64,000 bases of DNA from an uncultured bacterium (GTDB lineage: Bacteria > CSSED10-310 > CAZUFC01), in assembly GCA_964619725.1 (NCBI GenBank), contig CAZUFC010000003.1, positions 49,763 to 113,762 of the forward strand. Direction: 5' to 3'. This document shows, piece by piece, positions 49,700-59,484 of the stretch. Under the pieces are notes generated by a model. It was not told where the DNA came from. It ran no database searches and saw nothing but the letters and a program-made list of their open reading frames with translations. The position numbers and the translations under genes were made by a program. Numbering within the stretch: the first letter of the stretch is position 1; each line of letters opens with the position of its first letter.

Positions 49700-50581
49700 T
49701 TATTCTTCCGGAGCCAATCCTTTCTCAATCAAAAATGAAAGGTCTTCCGTCTTTATTCTTCCAGAAGAACCGGAGCCGTTTCTGTAAATGTGTCTGATCG
49801 ACTTTTTCAATTCATTGATGTTGCCCGGCCAGGGATAATCCATCAATAATTGCATCGCTCCATCGGTGAATCCCCTCAATTCCTTGCCGTATTCCTGGTT
49901 GAATATCTGAGTGAAACGGTTGACCAGATGAGGAATGTCGTTGACGCGCTCACGCAAAGGCAATAATTTGAAATCCAATACATTTAACCGGACGTAAAGT
50001 TCCCTGTTCATCATTCCCGTATCGACAAGCTTCGATAAATCGTCCGTTGTGCTGCCTATCACTCGATACTTATCCGTTATCGATCGTTTGGAAAGTCCCC
50101 TCAAATGATCCAGGAAATAAATAGTCGTCTTCTGAAAATCAGCTTCCAGATGCTCGATGCCGTCCAGATAAATCGTCACTAGTTTGTCCAGGTAACCGGC
50201 TGCAGGCGGATTGTAAAAATAATCCGTTTCGATTTTTATTATCCCTTTACGCTCGTATCTTTTTAATAGCTCCATGGACAAAGTCTGACGCTCATGGACA
50301 TGCTGCAATATCTTCTCCTTCTCCCTTGAAGGCAATTCCTTGCACATCTTCCTGCATGAAACGTCCACAAAATGTTTTTTCGGCGCCGCACTCTGATTAT
50401 GAATAACACGCGCTAAAAGTTTCTTGCCTGTTCCCACTTCGCCATACAGCATCAACGGTCCGTCAATGCGCTTCGAAATGTCGGCAAATTCCACCATCTT
50501 CTCGATGAATTTCGTGCTTCCCAGAATGTCCTTTACCGTATAACCGTCCCTTCGCTTTTTCGTTTTCCGCACTTTGTTCAT
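49700..50581 (-). CDS. Degenerate sigma54-activator-like AAA+ domain without GAFTGA, sensor or HTH (pseudo-bEBP)
   Basis: GEVGTGKK Walker A, LYVRLN, PLRER, YPWPGN retained; Walker B LDGIE, sensor II GNINEL, no GAFTGA. Confidence 0.85.
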   Translation of the reverse strand: MNKVRKTKKRRDGYTVKDILGSTKFIEKMVEFADISKRIDGPLMLYGEVGTGKKLLARVIHNQSAAPKKHFVDVSCRKMCKELPSREKEKILQHVHERQTLSMELLKRYERKGIIKIETDYFYNPPAAGYLDKLVTIYLDGIEHLEADFQKTTIYFLDHLRGLSKRSITDKYRVIGSTTDDLSKLVDTGMMNRELYVRLNVLDFKLLPLRERVNDIPHLVNRFTQIFNQEYGKELRGFTDGAMQLLMDYPWPGNINELKKSIRHIYRNGSGSSGRIKTEDLSFLIEKGLAPEE

Positions 50582-50688
50582 AACCTTTGCTTCCTTTCCT
50601 ATTGCTTCATCGATGCCGACGTACCCTTCTACTGTTCCTCATCAAACGAATACTCATAAAAATCTTCGCTCAATCGAAAATTATCCTT

Positions 50689-50946
50689 TTAAAATAATTC
50701 CAACGGAACTACAAAATTAAAAAGCTCTTCCCAGAATCCAGCAGGAGCATATCCGCCGTCCCCTTCTTCCTCTTCGTCTCCCGTATCACCGGATGAATTG
50801 TCTCCGTTTCCCTGATCGTCATAATTGGAAGGATCCATTGATAATGCTCCCCCTCCGTCAGCATAAATGCTCTCCAAAGCTCCTCCGACAAGGCAAATCA
50901 CCAGCATTGCCGTCATTACGGAAATTATAAGTTTGTAATCTCTCAC
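50689..50946 (-). CDS. 85-aa exported acidic peptide
   Basis: GTG behind AGGGGGA; signal peptide (IYA|D); D/G/E-rich middle; amphipathic C-terminus FWEELFNFVVPLELF; preceded by a sigma54 promoter. Confidence 0.7.
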   Translation of the reverse strand: MRDYKLIISVMTAMLVICLVGGALESIYADGGGALSMDPSNYDDQGNGDNSSGDTGDEEEEGDGGYAPAGFWEELFNFVVPLELF

Positions 50947-51025
50947 AGCATCTTCCCCCTTTCAGGAACTCCTTTGTTTGTCGGTTTTTTCATTTTTTGA
51001 AATTGAAAATCCCGTCTATGCTAAA

Positions 51026-51041
51026 AGCAATAACTGTACCA
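51026..51041 (-). promoter_or_regulatory. sigma54 (-24/-12) promoter
   Basis: Minus strand TGGTAC-AGTTA-TTGCT, correct GG-N10-GC spacing, ~80 nt upstream of the peptide gene. Confidence 0.8.
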
Positions 51042-51254
51042 ACAGCAAAAAAAGAGTTAAAAAGACTGAAAAAACAATGACTTAATAAAAAGACGCGTTT
51101 CCAGAGTCTTAAAATGAAAATTTCTGCCTCCATCATCAAGCAAAAGAACGTTACAAAAATTTATTCAAGTTATTGAATTTAAAGGGAAACGAATAAAAAG
51201 AACAAAACTTTACAATGTCACAAAATATAACATTTATAAAAAGAATTCATGGAC

Positions 51255-54200
51255 TCAATGTTGCTTTTTGGGCCAGGGAATTCTGTATTCTTCCATTTTT
51301 CTGTCAAGCGTCGGTCGAGAAATGCCAAGGACTCTGGCAGCATCAATTTTTCTCCAACGAAGTTTTTTGAGAGTTCTTTGGATGTGTTTTTTTTCCATTT
51401 CAGCGAGAGAAAAGAGTTCATGCTCTTCTGTTTCGTCGACTTCTTCAACGGAGACGTTTTTAATACGAGGCGGAAGGTCTTTTCTTTTGATGAGCGGCGG
51501 TTTTCCGTAGACGACGGCGAATTCGACAACGTTTTCTAGGTCTCTGACATTCCCAGGCCAATTATATTTTTTAAGGCATGTAATGGCTTCTCTGGTAAAG
51601 CCCTTGAACATTTTATTCATGCGTTTCATTTTTCTGGCGAGGAATTCAGCAGCAAGGATGGGGATGTCGTCTTTTCTTTCCCGGAGAGGGGGAAGCCGCA
51701 GGGGTAGCACATTGATGCGGTAGAAGAGGTCTTCCCTGAAATTACCATTTTTGACTTCTTTGATGAGGTCTTTGTTGGTAGCGGTAATGATACGGACGTC
51801 GACTTTACGTTTTTTACCGGCGCCGAGCTTTTGAATTTCTCCGTCATTGAGCGCTCTGAGCAATTTTGATTGAACGATGAAATTCAACTCAGCGATTTCA
51901 TCGAGGAAGAGCGTGCCGCCGTCAGCGATTTCGAAGGCTCCTTTTTGATCTCTGTAAGCGCCGGTAAAGGAGCCTTTGACATGTCCGAAAATCTGGGATT
52001 CGAGCAATGATTCCGGAATAGCGGCGCAGTTAACAGGGTGAAAAGGTTTATCTCTTCTGGCGCTGTTCAGGTGAATGGCTCTGGCGAAAAGGTCCTTGCC
52101 TGTGCCCATTTCTCCTTCAATGAGGACCGTAGAATCGCTTTGAGAAATGTTGGGCAATTGTTTAAAAAGGTCCAGCATTTTTTTGCTGTTTCCGATGATA
52201 AGGTTCTGATAGCTGTATTTTTGTTCCACGTTCTTTTTGAACAGGAGGAATTCTTCCTGTTGCTGCTTGTAATAATTCGATCTGTCGATGGCGACCGCGG
52301 CAAGATTGGCGAAAGCGGAAAGAAAATCCCTGTCTCTTTCGCTGAACAAGTCCTGACTTTTTCTGCTGTCGACGTAAATAGTACCGATGATTTTATTTTC
52401 GATGAACATAGGGACGCACAGAAGCGACAATATATTGTACATCTGAACGCTTCTGAATCTGAAGAAACGTTCGTCCGACAGGGCATTGTTTGAGAATAAG
52501 GGTTCATTTTTTTCGAGTGTGGAGCGGACGATGTTTCTGCTGTAGTCCTTGGCGTCCTCCATGGTTTTAGGGTCCAGATTCTTGGTAACCTGAGGATAAA
52601 GTTCACCGCTGCTGTCGTCCAAAAGAAATATCATGCCTCTTTCGGCTCCCACAAAACGAATGGCCTGTTCCAATATACGTTCCAGCAGGTCTTCCGGCTC
52701 GGTTAAAGAATTAAGAATCGAAGCGATCTGAGAAAAAGTGTCGAGCAGCACGTAAACGTCTGTTTGCGTTTTAGTCTGCATCTCGCTTTCAATTTTTTTC
52801 ACCAGCCCCTGAGCTTTAGCCAGCTCCGATTGAGCTTCCAGACGCTGGAAATTGTCGACAGCATTTTTGGAAAATCTCAACGCTTTTTCATAATCCTTCA
52901 ATTCTATAAAAAGATTGGCGAATGTTAAATAAACGCGACTCAATCCCGCCACCGAATCCAGTTCCTGGAAAAATTTGAGCGCTTTATCCAGGTCGCTTCT
53001 GGCTTTATTGAACTGCTTCTGTTTCAGCCGGATTTTTCCGAGAAGATGATGGATTTCAGAAGATTCCATTTTATGGCCGACTTGCTCAGCAAGCTCAAGC
53101 GCCTTATCGCATAAATCAACGGCCTGATCCACATCATCCTGCGCCAGCTTTACCTCTGCCAGTATCCTCGTGTTCTTCGCCAGATTCTTGCCGGCCTCCA
53201 TTTCACTGTAGAGGTTGATCGATTTGTTGAGGAACTTTTCGGCCAGGGGATATTCGCCTTTCTCTTTGTATATGTTGCCGATATGCGAAAAACAATCCGC
53301 CATGCCGCCCTGATCCTTGGAACGAATCCAGATTTCCAGGCTCTCGTTGAAAAACTTCAACGCATCATCCCAGCGTCCTGTTCGCTGCTTCAGAAAACCC
53401 AAATTTAAAAGATTTCGCGCTATCTCAATGTGCTGATTATACTTCTCCGCCAAACTCAGCGCCTTCCTGAAACAGCTCTCCGCTTTTTTCCACTGTCCTA
53501 TATCCTCGAACAACAGTCCGAGATTGGTGTTGGAACTTATGATCAGGCGGTGATCGTTCATTTTTTGGCCGATCATTATGGCCAAATTGAAAAATTCCTC
53601 AGCCTTCGCCACTTCGCCCAGTTCCCGATGTGTGTTGGCTAAAAATTGATAGATTTTCGCCAGTTGAAAAAAATTCCCCGTTTTATGGAATATCTCCAGG
53701 CTGTAATTAAAGTGTTCGAGAGCTTGATGATACTGACTTTTTTTGAAAAAAACCAGTCCCAAATTTAAATAATTCACCGCCCGTACATCGATATTCTTGT
53801 TCGCATCCAACAAAGAAAGAGCCTGACGATAAGTGTCCCTCGCATCATCAAGTTTTCCCAGAGAAAGATAAGCGCTTCCCATAGCATTATATATTTTGCT
53901 CTTCTGAAGGTCCATCTGCTTTTGACTTTTGACCTTGCTGAGCGTCTCTTCGCATATTTCCAACGCTTGATCGATTTCCCTTTTTTCAATATGCTGCCAG
54001 GCTAAATCCATCTTTAATGAAACGCCTGTTCGACTCTTGCTCCAATCGGGAAGAACCTCCAATCCCTTCTCCATAATTTCTCTGGCTTTTTCCGCGTTCC
54101 CTTTTCTTTTTTGCAGCCTGGCAAGATTCATGTAGAGAGAACTGATTTTCTCCGCGGAAAATTTGCGGTTTTTAACTATCTGAAGAGCCTTATTGTAAGC

Positions 54201-56564
54201 ATCTTCCGACTCGCTGTACCGCCCCGTTCGTCCCAGTAACTGGCCCATGGATTTCAGCGCCTCAAATTTGTGTTTCAGCGCTCCTTTTTTCCTCATCATT
54301 TCCAGGGACCACTGATAATAGGTCAATGCCTGCTGGATATTATAAATCGACGCAGACTGATGACCGGCTCTCAGCGCATACAACGCCCCCTTCTGATAAT
54401 TGTTCGAATGGTAATGATGGTAAGCTAGGTCTCCCGCCTTCTTCTCCTGATCCTCTTGAGTCTTCTTCTCATAATATTTGGCGACTCTTTTGTGGTACAA
54501 TTCTCTCGTTTTTTTATCAATCGCCGAATAGATGTATTCTTTCATCGGAAGATAACTGAACCTGTATCTTAAATCGCCGTTGGCGGATACCGTCGTGATC
54601 AGTCGCCGGTTCATCAGCTTCGAGAGACTTTCCAATACCAGGTAGGAATCGATGTTGGCCAAACCCACTATGTCCTCCACCGTGAAATCGCCCCTCAATA
54701 CTGAAGCATGACGAAGCAATTCCCAATCCGTTTTGAATAAACCCTCCAGACGTCCCTCCATCGATTGCTGTAAAGATTGTGGAATTTTATGCTGCTTGGA
54801 TTTTCCGGATTGAAATATCCAGCTTTCCCCACGTAACTCGATGACTCCCTTCTCGATCATTGAATAGAGTATCTCTTCAACAAAAAGAGGATTGCCGCTT
54901 GTCGCCTTGTACGCCTCATCCGTTATCACTTCTTCAAAATTCGCAGCGCCGAGCATCGACGAAAGCATCTCCTGCGTGCTCTTTTTGTCGAAAGGTTCAA
55001 GGTTCACCACGTTCGAATACAAATCCTCGCTATGAACCGACTCTCTTCCCGGCGAACCCATGCCCGAACGCGTTTCGAAATAATCGTCGTCCATTGTCGC
55101 CAGTAACATTAAATGACAACGATCCTCCTTGTCAGTGTAATCCTCGTAGCGGTTCAACGTGTTCAAAAAATACTTCAGATAATCCAGGCTGCTCTGATCA
55201 GAAAAATGAATATCCTCTACCGCCAACACCAGCGGATCTACGCCGTTCTGAGGGTCCACGATTCTTTTAGTCATCTCCCAGATAAAATGAGATAAACTCT
55301 CAAAGAGAAGTATCTTGTCCTTTTCAGATTTGATCTCTAACGGCTGATTCCGCAAAGATGCCTCTTCACTCTCGTAAAATTCCGGCGCCAAACGGCTCAA
55401 TTGTACCTTGTACTTTTCAAGTATGCCGGATGCCTCAGCCCCCAAATACTTGACCATCTGATTCAGCAATTCAACTATCGTCTGATAAGCTTTGTCTTCA
55501 TCATGATGACAAACGCTCTTGAAAATCCGCGCTCCTCCTATCTGCACCTCGCGCTCAAACTCATTAAGAAGCCGCGTCTTCCCGACGCCGAACTCTCCCT
55601 TTATAAGACAGGATTGAGGCTTATTGTTCTTTACTTCCGATAAATACCGCTGAAGAGCCGAAAACTCCTCTTCGCGACCGATGAAACTGCTGTAAAATCT
55701 GAAAGTCGTCGGAGTCAGTATACGCTTCGCTTTCATCGGAGTCACCAAATCTCCCAGAACCTCAGTCGCATGCCGATATCGGAGAGCCGGGTCCTTCGCC
55801 AGCAATTTCTGAATCACCCCACTTAAACGCTGGGGCACCTCCTCGTTTATCTCTCGCGGCGGCGAAACCTCCTTTTCCAAATGCGCCATGCCCGTCTTTA
55901 ACGGCGTATCCATCAAAAAAGGATTCTTCCCCGTCACCAGCTCATAAGCTACTACTCCCAGTGAATATAAATCCGCTCGCTGATCCACCGGCTTGTTCGA
56001 AAAATATTCCGGCGCCGTATACCCTAAATTGCCGCGCAGCGTCGAAGCCCCCTTCTTCTGACTTAAAAGCTTGAACCAGCCCGCATGACCGAAATCCACC
56101 AGCTTCACGCTGTATGAACGACGGGCTTCGCCCGCTCCTGAATTCTGAAGCAATATGTTCCCCGGATTTATGTCGCCGTGAATTATACCCAACCTGTGCA
56201 TGTAAGACAACGCCTGGCATATCTGGACCATTAAACGGGAAAATAAAAAATAATCTGGCCGCCGCGCCTCAATCGCTTCCGTCATCTTCGGACCCTTGAT
56301 ATGCTCCATCGTGAAAAATACCCGGTAGCCGCTCAATATCCCGCCTCGATAAAAATCAAACGCACGCACGATGTTGGGATGACGTAATTGTGACAATATG
56401 CGATACTCGTTCTCCAGCGCCTTCACTTCTTCTTCCTCCACCGCCGTCTTCAGTATCGCCTCGCGCTCCTCGTAATCATCCCGAACAAGATAAAGATTGC
56501 CCCATCCCCCCTGGTCAATCTGCTCGATTATCTTGTATCTGCCCCCTAATATCACGCTTTCCAT
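51255..56564 (-). CDS. Giant sigma54 activator: Ser/Thr kinase - AAA (STAND-like) ATPase - TPR array - GAF - sigma54 AAA+ - Fis HTH
   Basis: Kinase HGDINPGN/DFG/APE; GEFGVGKT + AVEDIH; long TPR array; GAF (AERG..LLCVPM..GTIYVDS); GEMGTGKD, GSFTGA, FLDEI, WPGNVRDL; AARVLGISRPTLDRKM. Confidence 0.92.
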   Translation of the reverse strand: MESVILGGRYKIIEQIDQGGWGNLYLVRDDYEEREAILKTAVEEEEVKALENEYRILSQLRHPNIVRAFDFYRGGILSGYRVFFTMEHIKGPKMTEAIEARRPDYFLFSRLMVQICQALSYMHRLGIIHGDINPGNILLQNSGAGEARRSYSVKLVDFGHAGWFKLLSQKKGASTLRGNLGYTAPEYFSNKPVDQRADLYSLGVVAYELVTGKNPFLMDTPLKTGMAHLEKEVSPPREINEEVPQRLSGVIQKLLAKDPALRYRHATEVLGDLVTPMKAKRILTPTTFRFYSSFIGREEEFSALQRYLSEVKNNKPQSCLIKGEFGVGKTRLLNEFEREVQIGGARIFKSVCHHDEDKAYQTIVELLNQMVKYLGAEASGILEKYKVQLSRLAPEFYESEEASLRNQPLEIKSEKDKILLFESLSHFIWEMTKRIVDPQNGVDPLVLAVEDIHFSDQSSLDYLKYFLNTLNRYEDYTDKEDRCHLMLLATMDDDYFETRSGMGSPGRESVHSEDLYSNVVNLEPFDKKSTQEMLSSMLGAANFEEVITDEAYKATSGNPLFVEEILYSMIEKGVIELRGESWIFQSGKSKQHKIPQSLQQSMEGRLEGLFKTDWELLRHASVLRGDFTVEDIVGLANIDSYLVLESLSKLMNRRLITTVSANGDLRYRFSYLPMKEYIYSAIDKKTRELYHKRVAKYYEKKTQEDQEKKAGDLAYHHYHSNNYQKGALYALRAGHQSASIYNIQQALTYYQWSLEMMRKKGALKHKFEALKSMGQLLGRTGRYSESEDAYNKALQIVKNRKFSAEKISSLYMNLARLQKRKGNAEKAREIMEKGLEVLPDWSKSRTGVSLKMDLAWQHIEKREIDQALEICEETLSKVKSQKQMDLQKSKIYNAMGSAYLSLGKLDDARDTYRQALSLLDANKNIDVRAVNYLNLGLVFFKKSQYHQALEHFNYSLEIFHKTGNFFQLAKIYQFLANTHRELGEVAKAEEFFNLAIMIGQKMNDHRLIISSNTNLGLLFEDIGQWKKAESCFRKALSLAEKYNQHIEIARNLLNLGFLKQRTGRWDDALKFFNESLEIWIRSKDQGGMADCFSHIGNIYKEKGEYPLAEKFLNKSINLYSEMEAGKNLAKNTRILAEVKLAQDDVDQAVDLCDKALELAEQVGHKMESSEIHHLLGKIRLKQKQFNKARSDLDKALKFFQELDSVAGLSRVYLTFANLFIELKDYEKALRFSKNAVDNFQRLEAQSELAKAQGLVKKIESEMQTKTQTDVYVLLDTFSQIASILNSLTEPEDLLERILEQAIRFVGAERGMIFLLDDSSGELYPQVTKNLDPKTMEDAKDYSRNIVRSTLEKNEPLFSNNALSDERFFRFRSVQMYNILSLLCVPMFIENKIIGTIYVDSRKSQDLFSERDRDFLSAFANLAAVAIDRSNYYKQQQEEFLLFKKNVEQKYSYQNLIIGNSKKMLDLFKQLPNISQSDSTVLIEGEMGTGKDLFARAIHLNSARRDKPFHPVNCAAIPESLLESQIFGHVKGSFTGAYRDQKGAFEIADGGTLFLDEIAELNFIVQSKLLRALNDGEIQKLGAGKKRKVDVRIITATNKDLIKEVKNGNFREDLFYRINVLPLRLPPLRERKDDIPILAAEFLARKMKRMNKMFKGFTREAITCLKKYNWPGNVRDLENVVEFAVVYGKPPLIKRKDLPPRIKNVSVEEVDETEEHELFSLAEMEKKHIQRTLKKLRWRKIDAARVLGISRPTLDRKMEEYRIPWPKKQH

Positions 56565-56686
56565 TTTTTTTAATCTCCTTTCGGATTTTTATCACAATTA
56601 TTGTAACGAACTTTTACGCAGAAGACAAAGTGATTTTTGAGGTTTCAAGGGAAATTTTTAATTTTTTTTTCGAAAAAGTGCAGGTT

Positions 56687-58603
56687 TTATTCGAATTTTA
56701 TCGGTGAAATGTAAAGTTTTGGATTTTCAGGAGGGATAAGTGTAAGTGATCTAAGACTTATTTTTGACGGGGAGGCTGCAGGGTCTAAACGAATGCCGGT
56801 CAGATGAGTTTCCGGAGAGGAGGATTGAATGGGAGCGGCATCAACAGAGTAGATATGAAATTCAGAATCCTGGAAGATGTCGAATTCGATTTTTTTATTT
56901 TCGTCCCAGGTTGGGTCAAATTGAGTAATCCAGTAGATTTGGGCTTTGGACAGGTCATGAATTCCCGAAACGGCCATTTCAATTTTGAAGGAATGAATTA
57001 ATCCGATGGGCCATTGGATATGGAGAGTGAGGAGATGGGGGTCGCTGCCGTAAGAGATCAGAGACCAGTAGGGGGATGTACCGGTGAGTTCAAGTTCAGG
57101 GGAGGTAAACCAGTTATGTACAGGCATTGAGCTGTCGAATTTCCATTCTTTCCTGTAAAAAGAGGGCGGAACGATTTGAAGGATAGTTGAGCGGAAATCG
57201 TAAAGTCTTTTCAAGCGTTTTTCTTCTTTGAATCGGGAACCGGTCCAGGTGAGGAAACGGTATGAATGGTAAGGAGGCGGAGGCGGAATGTTGCGCATCT
57301 GAATTTCGGAGAATGTGTATGCGCGGATATCGTAGGGTTGGAATTCATATTTCATTTTGTAATAAAGCGAGGCGCCGCTTTTAACGACATGGGCGGGTCC
57401 GAAGGAGGATGGGAGGTTTTGAATGAAGATATGAGTATCTGGAGTGATTTTTCCTGTGCATTGTTCTATTTTTTGAGGAATTTGATCGATGAAGCTCCCG
57501 GCATAATGCCAATAGGGAAGAAGGGAGCGGATAATGAGGAGGGAGAAGAATCCGAAAAGGAGGAATGCTGTTGTAAATAGTGTGCGTGCGGTATGAGCGT
57601 TTATTTTTTTCAGTCCGGAAAAGAAACCGGCGGCTGCAACTGCAGCGCCTATCAGCGGCATGTAAAGGAAACGTTCTCCATAGATGCTTAAAGCCGGGGA
57701 TAATGCTGCTGTGAACCAGAATATCCCGGTCCGGGTTTTTCGGTTGAATGCCGCGAAAAAAAGAAAAAGCAATGCGAGCTGCATACTGGAAAGTTTAATT
57801 CCGTTTTTTGAAAGAAAGGGAGAAAACAGAGCTCCTGCATAGGTTTTCAGGTGTTCCCAAAGGTTAATTCCGAAACTGAAATGAACTTTGTTCCCGTAAA
57901 CGCCGACGCTGCCCAGAACGAAAATTCTATAGAGGAGATAAGCTGCGAGAATCATGAAAAAAGGAATGAGCGGGATGATCGCTTTTTTGATTGTCGTGGA
58001 CTTGCGACGAAAAAATGCCGCCAGTATAAGTATGAGCAGAGGAAGAGAAGTTGCCGTGCCTTTGCACAGCAGGGCGGCAACGAAAACGATATAAGCGGAT
58101 AGGATGAATCTGGCTTTATTGCGGTAAAAAAACAATAAAAACAGGTTCAGAGCACACAATTGAAAAAAGGCGCTGAAAAGTTCAAAAAGATTGGAAGCCC
58201 AGGGAATGATGTATGCCTGAAGCGGGTGAAAAGCGAAAATAACGCAGCCAAAGGCAGCATACCCGGAATCTTTCAGCATCCTTTTCATGATGACGAACGC
58301 CATGGATACATTCAGACAATGAATGATGAGACTCAAACAATGATAGGCCTGCGGACGGAATCCGAATATCCTGAACATGCAGGTGAATGCCAGCTCGCCG
58401 ACCGGACGATAAAAAAGTCCCTCACGCCCCTCCAGGAAATTTATGCCGATTTCCGAAATTCGTTGTTTCTTCAGATAATAGAAATCGTCTGCTGTAAAAT
58501 AATCGTCGATTACAGGCAGAAATATACCCCAAATCCCCAGGAGGATAAAAAACAAAATCACCTTGTCCAGCGTCCGGACTCTTGCTTCGCCGGCGATGTT
58601 CAT
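56687..58603 (-). CDS. Multi-pass membrane protein, GT-C-fold glycosyltransferase-like, with C-terminal periplasmic domain
   Basis: YFTADDF, FYRP, FAFHP, ALLCK, ERFLYMP motifs; many TMs; C-terminal DP...IRLDP beta domain. Confidence 0.75.
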   Translation of the reverse strand: MNIAGEARVRTLDKVILFFILLGIWGIFLPVIDDYFTADDFYYLKKQRISEIGINFLEGREGLFYRPVGELAFTCMFRIFGFRPQAYHCLSLIIHCLNVSMAFVIMKRMLKDSGYAAFGCVIFAFHPLQAYIIPWASNLFELFSAFFQLCALNLFLLFFYRNKARFILSAYIVFVAALLCKGTATSLPLLILILAAFFRRKSTTIKKAIIPLIPFFMILAAYLLYRIFVLGSVGVYGNKVHFSFGINLWEHLKTYAGALFSPFLSKNGIKLSSMQLALLFLFFAAFNRKTRTGIFWFTAALSPALSIYGERFLYMPLIGAAVAAAGFFSGLKKINAHTARTLFTTAFLLFGFFSLLIIRSLLPYWHYAGSFIDQIPQKIEQCTGKITPDTHIFIQNLPSSFGPAHVVKSGASLYYKMKYEFQPYDIRAYTFSEIQMRNIPPPPPYHSYRFLTWTGSRFKEEKRLKRLYDFRSTILQIVPPSFYRKEWKFDSSMPVHNWFTSPELELTGTSPYWSLISYGSDPHLLTLHIQWPIGLIHSFKIEMAVSGIHDLSKAQIYWITQFDPTWDENKKIEFDIFQDSEFHIYSVDAAPIQSSSPETHLTGIRLDPAASPSKISLRSLTLIPPENPKLYISPIKFE

Positions 58604-58640
58604 CTTTTCGGATTCAACGAGTTTCCTTATTCTATGAAAT

Positions 58641-59144
58641 TTATCTGAACAGCTTGTTCAGCAAATTGTTGATTTTTGGAATGTTTATATAGGAAGGACC
58701 GTAATCGCCCGTCATGTTCGGCCTGACGCCTTCTCCGCACAGAAAAATCGCATCCTCCTCAGAATAGATGCCCACCACGAAATTCTCTTCCCGGCATATG
58801 TCGGAAAAGTCTTTGATCAAAGGACGAAGATTTCTGAGAATCTTATTTACATCGTTTGAGCGGGGCTTGCTGTCTGCATCAAGGAGATTCAGAACAAAAA
58901 GAAACGGGCGGAAAAGAAGATTCAACCGGTCGGGAAGAAGAAAATTAATTTTCAGCTCCTTAGAGTCCCGTTTTAGGCTCAAAAGGGTTGATTTTCGGCT
59001 GTTAATTTGTAAATCCAGGGGCGTTTTTTTCGATTCCTCGATTATCTCGGGAAGTTCCGCAAAAATCTCAGCGAACTGATCCCCGGCCGCCATTTCATGA
59101 ATATTTTCCGTCAAGTGAGACAGTCGGTTTATTATATCGTTCAT
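58641..59144 (-). CDS. Hypothetical protein
   Basis: 167-aa ORF with SD AAGGAGG. Confidence 0.65.
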   Translation of the reverse strand: MNDIINRLSHLTENIHEMAAGDQFAEIFAELPEIIEESKKTPLDLQINSRKSTLLSLKRDSKELKINFLLPDRLNLLFRPFLFVLNLLDADSKPRSNDVNKILRNLRPLIKDFSDICREENFVVGIYSEEDAIFLCGEGVRPNMTGDYGPSYINIPKINNLLNKLFR

Positions 59145-59377
59145 TCAAGCCTCCTTTTGCTTTTCCGTATTTACCATAAAAAGAACCTTTTTTTCCAGAA
59201 ACTCTGATTGTTACCCGACAACAGGAATTTTGGAGACTGAGGAAACAGGGATGACTATTTTGACGAATCACTTCTTTTCTTTTCCGTGATATCTGCAGCG
59301 GCAGAGTCTCTGTCTTCCTTTCCAGAATGCTGTGCATTTTAATCACCACGAAATTTCGTTACTCAAAGAAGGGATAT

Positions 59378-59393
59378 TGGTACATATTTTGCT
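59378..59393 (+). promoter_or_regulatory. sigma54 (-24/-12) promoter
   Basis: TGGTAC-ATATT-TTGCT, ~90 nt upstream of ATG 59485. Confidence 0.7.
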
Positions 59394-59484
59394 GAGTTTT
59401 TTGATGTTTTGCAGAGTTCGACATCACAATTAAGGGCTTCGCTGAAGCTGAAACGCTTAATTTTTTTTCACTCGCTGGAGGTGT

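Noticed and set aside
50603-50618. Second sigma54 promoter (cGGCAT-N5-aaGCA) before the pseudo-bEBP
   Set aside because: Weak -12 element, and the implied TSS would cut into the ribosome-binding region.
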